Assembly (NCBI GenBank): GCA_021734995.1
Contig: JAIPHX010000005.1
Coordinates: forward strand, 4,099-68,098
DNA length: 64,000 nt
Direction: 5' to 3'
DNA from: Minisyncoccota bacterium
GTDB lineage: Bacteria > Patescibacteriota > Minisyncoccia > Phycocordibacterales > UBA9973
The notes beneath the pieces were generated by a model, which searched no databases, was not told the origin of the DNA, and saw nothing but the letters and a program-made list of their open reading frames with translations. Made by a program: the position numbers and the translations under genes. This document shows, piece after piece, positions 58,649 through 64,000 of this stretch. Positions within the stretch are counted from its first letter, which is position 1, and each line of letters starts with the position of its first letter.

Positions 58649-59943
58649 AAAATTTTCAAATCATTCTAATTACTGTTTTCATTGTCCTAGCGGTGGTAGG
58701 AGTTTTGGTTTTTTCTGGGATGATTCCTCTTGGTGAAAAAAAGAATGAAGAAGGGTCTGGTGGAACTGTTGTATTGTGGGGAACAGTTAGTTCTAGTAGT
58801 TTGTCAAAAGCTATTGAAAATTTCAATCATGACAATAATGTATATGTTTTACAGTATGTTCAAAAAAGAGAGGATTCTTTTGATAAAGACCTGTTGGAAG
58901 CTTTGGCTAGTGGAAAAGGACCTGATATATTTATTGTGCCTGAAAACTTAATTTATAAATACAGTAATAAGATTTTACCTATCCCTTATGAAAGTTTTCC
59001 TTTAGCATCTTTTCAACAGATTTTTATTTCACCAAGTGAAGTATTTCTTACATCTAAAGGAGCTCTCGCCTTTCCTCTATCTGTAGATCCTTTAATGATG
59101 TATTATAATAGAGCATTTTTGAATTCTAGTAATATAATAAACCCGCCATCTACTTGGAAAGAACTTTCGGAGATGGTTCCAGTATTAAATTTTAAAGATG
59201 AAAGTGGGAAATTAATTAAGACTACAGTAGCACTTGGGCATTTTTCAAACATAGAAAATGCTAAATATATACTAACAGGAATGTTTATGCAGGTCGGTAC
59301 CCCTATTGTTGTAGAAAATAATGGAGTATTTTTACCCAATCTAGTGAGCTCACTAAATTCTTCTAATAATGAAAATGTTTTGAATACATATACAAGCTTT
59401 GCCGACCCATTTAAAGAAAATTATTCTTGGAACAAATCAATGCCTAATTCCAAAGATGCTTTTACTTCTGGGAGTACGGCATTTTATTTTGGTTTTGCGA
59501 GTGAGTTGAAGTCTTTGATTGAACGTAACCCAAATTTGAATTTAATGGTAGCGCCGATGCCACAGATGGATAATTTACAAAATAAAATTACATCTGGAGA
59601 GATTAATGGTCTTGCAGTATCTGTTTTTTCCCAAAATAGAGATAGTGCTTTTTTGGTAGCTAATCTTTTGTCTAAGAGTGATTTTGCTAAAGAATTTGCA
59701 TCCGCCACAGGAACTATCCCGATTAGAAAAGATTTACTTATAAGCGACAAGAGTAATCAGTTTGAAACAGCATTCTATACTTCTGCTCTTTTCACTAGAG
59801 GTTGGATAGATCCTTCTCCAAAAGAATCTTATGCAATTTTCAAAGACGTAATAGAAGGTATTTTGTCAAATACTTTAAATCTATCAAGTGTAATAAGAGA
59901 GATAGATTCCAAATTAAATTTATTGTTTGATAAAAATATATGA
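58645..59943 (+). CDS. membrane-anchored extracellular solute-binding protein (ABC sugar-binding, SBP_bac_1-like), orphan
   Basis: N-terminal TM anchor, then KGPDIFIVPENLI...DPLMMYYNRAFL...PPSTWKELSEM, typical of family-1 SBPs. No permease or ATPase gene is adjacent. Confidence 0.6.
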   Translation: MKNFQIILITVFIVLAVVGVLVFSGMIPLGEKKNEEGSGGTVVLWGTVSSSSLSKAIENFNHDNNVYVLQYVQKREDSFDKDLLEALASGKGPDIFIVPENLIYKYSNKILPIPYESFPLASFQQIFISPSEVFLTSKGALAFPLSVDPLMMYYNRAFLNSSNIINPPSTWKELSEMVPVLNFKDESGKLIKTTVALGHFSNIENAKYILTGMFMQVGTPIVVENNGVFLPNLVSSLNSSNNENVLNTYTSFADPFKENYSWNKSMPNSKDAFTSGSTAFYFGFASELKSLIERNPNLNLMVAPMPQMDNLQNKITSGEINGLAVSVFSQNRDSAFLVANLLSKSDFAKEFASATGTIPIRKDLLISDKSNQFETAFYTSALFTRGWIDPSPKESYAIFKDVIEGILSNTLNLSSVIREIDSKLNLLFDKNI

Positions 59944-60371
59944 ATAAATTAAATAAATTTTTAGGTTTTGTGGTAGTGGGATACATACTTTTTTCCCCTA
60001 TGTTTTCTATGTTTTTATTTGCACAAAGTCCGCCACCTGCAGATACTGGATTGGTTGTATGTGGTACGAGAGATGATAGTGGTAATATTACCAAAAAATG
60101 TGGTTTTGATAGTTTTATTGAAACAATCAATAAAATTATGTTTTTTGCGATATACAATATAATGCTCCCAATTTCAGCTCTTTCTTTTGCATATGCTGGC
60201 GGTTTAATTTTATTTTCTGGGGGCGAAACAGCTAAAATACAAAAAGCAAAAGGTATCTTTACAAGTGTTTTGTGGGGTGTTGGTTGGATGATAGGTGCGT
60301 GGTTGGCAATATATTCAGTTGTTAATATTTTAGGTTATGAAGGGGACATCTTTAAATTTAATTCATTTTAA
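59940..60371 (+). CDS. small secreted two-helix membrane protein, pilin-like (TrbC/VirB2-like candidate), paralog 1
   Basis: Signal peptide, two Cys (CGTRDDSGNITKKCG), then helix-loop-helix (LPISALSFAYAGGLILFSGGETAKIQKAKGIFTSVLWGVGWMIGAWLAI). Its start overlaps the SBP stop. Confidence 0.5.
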   Translation: MNKLNKFLGFVVVGYILFSPMFSMFLFAQSPPPADTGLVVCGTRDDSGNITKKCGFDSFIETINKIMFFAIYNIMLPISALSFAYAGGLILFSGGETAKIQKAKGIFTSVLWGVGWMIGAWLAIYSVVNILGYEGDIFKFNSF

Positions 60372-60386
60372 TGTTATAATATTCTT

Positions 60387-60749
60387 ATGAAATTTAATTT
60401 TAATTCTTTGTTTAGTTTTGTATTAGTTGTATTAATGTTTGTAGTATTTCCATTAGTAGGAATAGCTCAAGATAATTGTGACGGGACCAAAGAAATATGT
60501 AATCCAATCCAGTCCAATAACATTACAGAGTTAATTAAAAACGTTTTAGAGCAAGCTTTAAGATTGGGTATGCCGTTGCTTGTGGTTGCTATTATCTACT
60601 CAGGTTTTCTTTTTGTAGCTGCACAAGGGAATGCTACAAAATTAGAAACCGCTCGAAAATCTTTTATGTATACAATGATCGGTGCCGCTATTTTGCTTGG
60701 ATCGTGGGCATTAGCACAATTATTAGCTGAAACAATACGGGCTTTATAA
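60387..60749 (+). CDS. pilin-like small membrane protein, paralog 2
   Basis: Signal peptide, CDGTKEIC, hydrophobic helix 1 (MPLLVVAIIYSGFLFVAAQG), basic loop (NATKLETARKS), helix 2 (FMYTMIGAAILLGSWALAQLL). Confidence 0.5.
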   Translation: MKFNFNSLFSFVLVVLMFVVFPLVGIAQDNCDGTKEICNPIQSNNITELIKNVLEQALRLGMPLLVVAIIYSGFLFVAAQGNATKLETARKSFMYTMIGAAILLGSWALAQLLAETIRAL

Positions 60750-60764
60750 ATTTAAAATTTAAAA

Positions 60765-61775
60765 ATGCAAAATTTAAAAAAAATATTTTCGTTGGTATTA
60801 ACAATAGGAATGTTATTTATTCCTATTGTTTCTTTTGCTCAGACTCCTCGTTCATGTAGTGATGGCGGAATGATTGGGTTGATTTGTAAAATAGGGGAAT
60901 TGCTTAATTATGCAATGCCTGTACTTATAAGTCTTGGAGTTGTCTTGTTCATTTGGGGAGTTGTATTATATGTAATAGGTGGTGGAGATGAAGCCAAAAC
61001 AAAAGGGCGTGATAGGATTTTATGGGGTCTTGGAGGTCTTACTATAATGTCTGCACTTTGGGGATTGGTAAATATGATGCTTAAGACTTTTGGTCTTAAT
61101 GGAAATCAAAACAGTATTCCAGATGGGTTGAATAGTTTAATTCCTACAGGCACAATTGAGGCTTGCAGTAGTAATGGAGGAATTACTTTAATTATTTGTA
61201 ATGTTAGTACAATTTTAAGTAAGTTAATTCCACTATTAATAAGTGTTGGTGTAATAATATTTATCTGGGGAGTTGTATTGTATGTGATAGGTGGTGGAGA
61301 TGAAGCCAAGACAAAAGGAAGAGATAGAATGCTTTGGGGGCTTGTGGGGTTGGCTGTAATCGCAGGAATGTGGGGACTAGTTGCGATGATTAATACTACT
61401 TTTGGGATTACTGATGGTTCTGATGTGGCTAATACATTTATACAAAGCAATAAAGGGTTCGGAGGGCAGACAGCTGGTGGAGGTTGTGAAATAGGGAATG
61501 ATAAAAAACTGCAAGGTCTTTTAAATTTTGCTACTTGCGTTCTTACGAAATCTATGGTGCCTTTGCTTGTTGCTATGGCTACTGTTGCATTTGTATGGGG
61601 AATTATTATGTATGTTATTTCTGGGGGTGATGAAAACAAAAAAGACAAAGGGAGGGAGTATATTATGTGGGGGCTTATTGGTCTGACTGTGATGGTTTCT
61701 GTTTGGGGATTGGTAAAAATATTGGGGACTACTTTTGGTATTGATCATGCTATACCTCAAGTACAAAAAAGTTAA
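60765..61775 (+). CDS. triple tandem fusion of the same pilin-like module (three repeats of about 110 aa)
   Basis: Three copies of a Cys-x-Cys module with the pattern ...P.L..GVV.FIWGVVLYVIGGGDEAKTKGRDR.LWGL.GL....WGLV.... Copies 1 and 2 are near-identical even at nucleotide level. Confidence 0.5.
   Translation: MQNLKKIFSLVLTIGMLFIPIVSFAQTPRSCSDGGMIGLICKIGELLNYAMPVLISLGVVLFIWGVVLYVIGGGDEAKTKGRDRILWGLGGLTIMSALWGLVNMMLKTFGLNGNQNSIPDGLNSLIPTGTIEACSSNGGITLIICNVSTILSKLIPLLISVGVIIFIWGVVLYVIGGGDEAKTKGRDRMLWGLVGLAVIAGMWGLVAMINTTFGITDGSDVANTFIQSNKGFGGQTAGGGCEIGNDKKLQGLLNFATCVLTKSMVPLLVAMATVAFVWGIIMYVISGGDENKKDKGREYIMWGLIGLTVMVSVWGLVKILGTTFGIDHAIPQVQKS
60951..61033 (+). repeat. intragenic nucleotide repeat, copy A (about 85% identical to copy B)
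   Basis: atttggggagttgtattatatgtaataggtggtggagatgaagccaaaacaaaagggcgtgataggatt... aligns with 61263-61345. Confidence 0.7.
61263..61345 (+). repeat. intragenic nucleotide repeat, copy B
   Basis: atctggggagttgtattgtatgtgataggtggtggagatgaagccaagacaaaaggaagagatagaatg.... Confidence 0.7.
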
Positions 61776-61931
61776 TAATTAAGAGTTACATGGAATATAA
61801 TTAGAGTTGAATATGTGAGTAACCATTATTTTGTATCCACAGTTCTTTATAAATAGTATACTTGCACTTATATAATTATGGTATAATAGAATTAACCTAT
61901 TTTTAGGAAAAAATTATTATTTTAAGGTCGC

Positions 61932-61957
61932 TTTCACAAATTTATTATTTTGTGAAA
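61932..61957. promoter_or_regulatory. 9-bp perfect inverted repeat (candidate operator) upstream of pilin-like paralog 4
   Basis: TTTCACAAA, an 8-nt spacer, then TTTGTGAAA, about 30 nt before the ATG. A TATAAT lies at about 61882. Confidence 0.3.
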
Positions 61958-61988
61958 ATATTATTATTAAACCCTAAAAGGGAAAAAT

Positions 61989-62369
61989 ATGAAACAAAAA
62001 TTAATTTTATTATCAATGTCGTTGTTTAGCTTTAGTTTGCCGATGTTGTCTTTTGCTGCTCAAAATAGTCCTATATGTGATAGGGTAGACAATAATACTC
62101 TACAAGCTATTATTTGTAAAGTTGGTGAGTTGTTGAATTTTGTTGTACCAGTTTTGGTTGGGCTTGGAGTTGTTATTTTTGTATGGGGAGTCATTATGTA
62201 TGTGATGTCAAGTGAAGAAGACGCAAAGACTAAAGGTAGAGACAGAATGATTTTTGGTATTGTTGGTTTGGCTGTGATTGTAGCAATGTGGGGGTTAGTA
62301 AGGATATTAATCAATACTTTTGATGTAGGAACTGGAGGAGTAATGAGTACCCCAGCTCTTCCTATTTAG
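61989..62369 (+). CDS. pilin-like small membrane protein, paralog 4
   Basis: Signal peptide, CDRVDNNTLQAIICKVGELLNF, then PVLVGLGVVIFVWGVIMYVMSSEEDAKTKGRDRMIFGIVGLAVIVAMWGLV. Confidence 0.5.
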   Translation: MKQKLILLSMSLFSFSLPMLSFAAQNSPICDRVDNNTLQAIICKVGELLNFVVPVLVGLGVVIFVWGVIMYVMSSEEDAKTKGRDRMIFGIVGLAVIVAMWGLVRILINTFDVGTGGVMSTPALPI

Positions 62370-62377
62370 TCTAAAAA

Positions 62378-62677
62378 ATGCCTAGCACCACTTATGAAGG
62401 TTTTTTAAATAATTTAATTACGCAAATTATAAATCCAGCTATTGTACTTATGTTTGCTTTAGCTACGGTTATATTTCTTTTTGGAGTATTTAAATTTATT
62501 TCAAAAGCAGATCAAGAGGAGGGTAGGACAGATGGGAAAAATAGTATGCTTTGGGGTGTGCTTGGTATGACAATAATGATTGGCGTCTGGTTTTTATTAG
62601 GTGTTATTATTGAGACTTTTGGAATAGAAGATATAAAACCTGAGACAAACACTGTTCATTTAAAACCATTTCAATAA
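62378..62677 (+). CDS. divergent pilin-like small membrane protein, paralog 5 (no signal peptide or Cys pair)
   Basis: AIVLMFALATVIFLFGVFKFISKADQEEGRTDGKNSMLWGVLGMTIMIGVWFLLGVI has the same helix-loop-helix pattern. It starts 8 nt after the preceding gene. Confidence 0.4.
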   Translation: MPSTTYEGFLNNLITQIINPAIVLMFALATVIFLFGVFKFISKADQEEGRTDGKNSMLWGVLGMTIMIGVWFLLGVIIETFGIEDIKPETNTVHLKPFQ

Positions 62678-62689
62678 TTGAATTATTAA

Positions 62690-62732
62690 AGTTAAAAAAC
62701 AAAAAGCCCGTTATGGGCTTTTTGTTTTTTAA
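62690..62732. terminator. bidirectional intrinsic terminator
   Basis: aaaaaacaaaaAGCCCgttatGGGCTttttgtttttt. Confidence 0.6.
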
Positions 62733-62743
62733 CTGAAGAAAGT

Positions 62744-63571
62744 TTAAGCGTGTTTTAATGGAATGGAGCGATAATACTTTTCAGCACCGAAGAATTTTCT
62801 CCATATAAAGATTATAGCAATAACTAATACTATAAAGATAAACCATTGTAATATTCCTGAAGGTAAAAAACTATTTGATCCAAACACAGCGTTAGATGTC
62901 AAACCTTTATAACTTGAGTTGTCTGTGTTTCTACTGTTGTAAAAAGATGATAAGGCATTAGCTGATAGATTGGAGTCGTTTCTGCTTGTGGTAGAATCAT
63001 AGCTTGTTGAGTTAAAATTACTATTACTATTTTGGCTTGTACTAGTATTAGTGTTGCTTGTATTGTTATTTGAATTTGGATTTATAGAACCAGAAAAGTT
63101 TTGATTTGCATTTGTTGCTGGGGTTATATACAAGATAGCACTATTGGATATCCCTCCTCCTGGAGTTCCATTCAATACACTAATGGTATGATTTTTTACA
63201 TTCTTGATATCTTTTTCTTCTAATTGAATTATCATTCTAGTAGAATTTACATAAGAAGCTGTACGAGGTGCGTTATTGATTCTTACTACAGAAGTTGAAG
63301 TGAATCCATTTCCAGTGATAGTCACATTGTACACATCTGCTCCTTTTGGAATGTTGTTTGGAGTAATAAAGGAAATGTAAGGAGTAGGATTAAGAGGTAT
63401 GTTGTATTCGTCTTCGTAATTATTATCACTCTCAAAAATTGGTGGTTGGTAGAAAGTTACATAACCAGCAGATACATTTTGAGCTTTAAAAAACAAGACT
63501 GAAAAGATAATTATCAATCCAAAAGCAAAGTATTTTGCACTTATTTGATTGTTTTTAATTGTTTTAAACAT
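62744..63571 (-). CDS. cell-surface protein: signal peptide, Ig-like (IPT/TIG-like) domain, S/N/T-rich low-complexity stalk, C-terminal TM anchor
   Basis: N-terminal hydrophobic signal, VTITGNGFTSTSVVRINN beta-rich domain, then a long N/S/T repeat tract, then FIFIVLVIAIIFIW... Confidence 0.5.
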   Translation of the reverse strand: MFKTIKNNQISAKYFAFGLIIIFSVLFFKAQNVSAGYVTFYQPPIFESDNNYEDEYNIPLNPTPYISFITPNNIPKGADVYNVTITGNGFTSTSVVRINNAPRTASYVNSTRMIIQLEEKDIKNVKNHTISVLNGTPGGGISNSAILYITPATNANQNFSGSINPNSNNNTSNTNTSTSQNSNSNFNSTSYDSTTSRNDSNLSANALSSFYNSRNTDNSSYKGLTSNAVFGSNSFLPSGILQWFIFIVLVIAIIFIWRKFFGAEKYYRSIPLKHA

Positions 63572-63627
63572 GCATATAGTATAGCACCTTTTAGCAGAAA
63601 AGTCAAGGGGGTAGGGGATACAAACAG

Positions 63628-63672
63628 AAAAAGCATAAAAGACTTATAAATAAAGCTTTTATGTGGTTTTTG
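63628..63672 (-). terminator. intrinsic terminator downstream of tRNA-Leu (minus strand)
   Basis: On the minus strand: CATAAAAGctttatttataagtCTTTTATG then cttttt. Confidence 0.4.
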
Positions 63673-63677
63673 TAAGG

Positions 63678-63759
63678 TGCCGGAGGGGAGACTTGAACTC
63701 CCATGAGTCACCTCGCTTGCTCCTAAGGCAAGTGCGTCTACCAATTTCGCCACCCCGGC
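63678..63759 (-). tRNA. trnL: tRNA-Leu (anticodon TAG), class II with a long variable arm
   Basis: The reverse complement GCCGGGGTGGCGAAATTGGTAGACGCACTTGCCTTAGGAGCAAGCGAGGTGACTCATGGGAGTTCAAGTCTCCCCTCCGGCA folds with a 3-bp D stem, anticodon loop CTTAGGA and a long variable arm. Confidence 0.85.
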
Positions 63760-63791
63760 ATGTAATATAGCGCTCATAAGTATTAAATATA

Positions 63792-64000
63792 GGCGCTGTG
63801 CGCCCAGAGGGAATCTCGCTTTACAAGCGCTGGTGCTTTTCCACTCGCTTCGCTCGTAAGGAAAAGCCTTTCGATTCCCCCACGCAAGCAAATAAATTTG
63901 CCTGCTTGGGCGCTGTGCGCCCAGAGGGAATCTCGCTTTACAAGCGCTGGTGCTTTTCCACTCGCTTCGCTCGTAAGGAAAAGCCTTTCGATTCCCCCAC
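63792..64000. repeat. GC-rich 117-bp tandem direct repeat, at least 1.8 copies, truncated by the window end
   Basis: ggcgctgtgcgcccagagggaatctcgctttacaagcgctggtgcttttccactcgcttcgctcgtaaggaaaagcctttcgattcccccacgcaagcaaataaatttgcctgcttg restarts at 63909 with identical sequence. It contains several internal hairpins (GGCGCtgtGCGCC, CGCTTtacaAGCG, CTTTTCC...GGAAAAG). Confidence 0.7.

Noticed and set aside
63541-63891. ORF of 116 aa on the minus strand
   Set aside because: It spans tRNA-Leu and the GC-rich tandem repeat, so it is not a real gene.
63792-64000. CRISPR array, or a protein-coding tandem repeat of 39 aa
   Set aside because: The period of 117 bp has identical units and no unique spacers, which is not CRISPR-like. 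Two plus-strand frames are open through the repeat, but no start codon precedes it after the TAG at 63768. Coding on an extended contig cannot be fully excluded.
1-64000. Prophage, IS element or integrative element
   Set aside because: No integrase, transposase, relaxase, terminase or capsid-like ORFs were identified. Only the compositional island at 39.2-40.5 kb and the tRNA-adjacent repeats hint at mobility.

Overview
This window is AT-rich (about 30% GC by eye), gene-dense bacterial chromosome. Gene sizes and content suggest a reduced-genome organism, possibly a CPR/Patescibacteria-like lineage; that is inference only. Most of it is housekeeping genes: pheS/pheT, gyrB (carrying an intein), thrS, rpmF, nusB, rnc, an SMC-like ATPase, rnr, rpsP, a KH protein, trmD, rpoB/rpoC, dnaG/rpoD, tsf/rpsB, proS, mreB/mreC, tgt, a class II ribonucleotide reductase, RNase P RNA, rpsA and gyrA. 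Two tRNAs are present: tRNA-Thr (TGT) and tRNA-Leu (TAG).

The points most worth a second look are:
- an array of six paralogous small secreted two-helix membrane proteins (59.9-62.7 kb), one of them a triple tandem fusion, resembling TrbC/VirB2-type conjugative pilins and co-transcribed with an orphan solute-binding protein;
- a GC-rich 117-bp tandem repeat next to tRNA-Leu at the window end;
- a single GC-rich gene, probably foreign, encoding a circularly permuted ATP-grasp-like protein, sitting next to tRNA-Thr;
- an HNH-containing intein in gyrB;
- a T-box leader upstream of thrS;
- domain fusions: NusB-Nudix, and an S11 DD-carboxypeptidase fused to a CapA-like phosphoesterase;
- an envelope cluster of a DsbA-like protein, a Cys-tailed DUF378 protein, a processive GT2 synthase and a membrane thioredoxin-like protein;
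- a sigma-70 with a histone-H1-like lysine-rich N-terminal tail.

No transposase, integrase or CRISPR array was seen. All coordinates are approximate to a few nucleotides.
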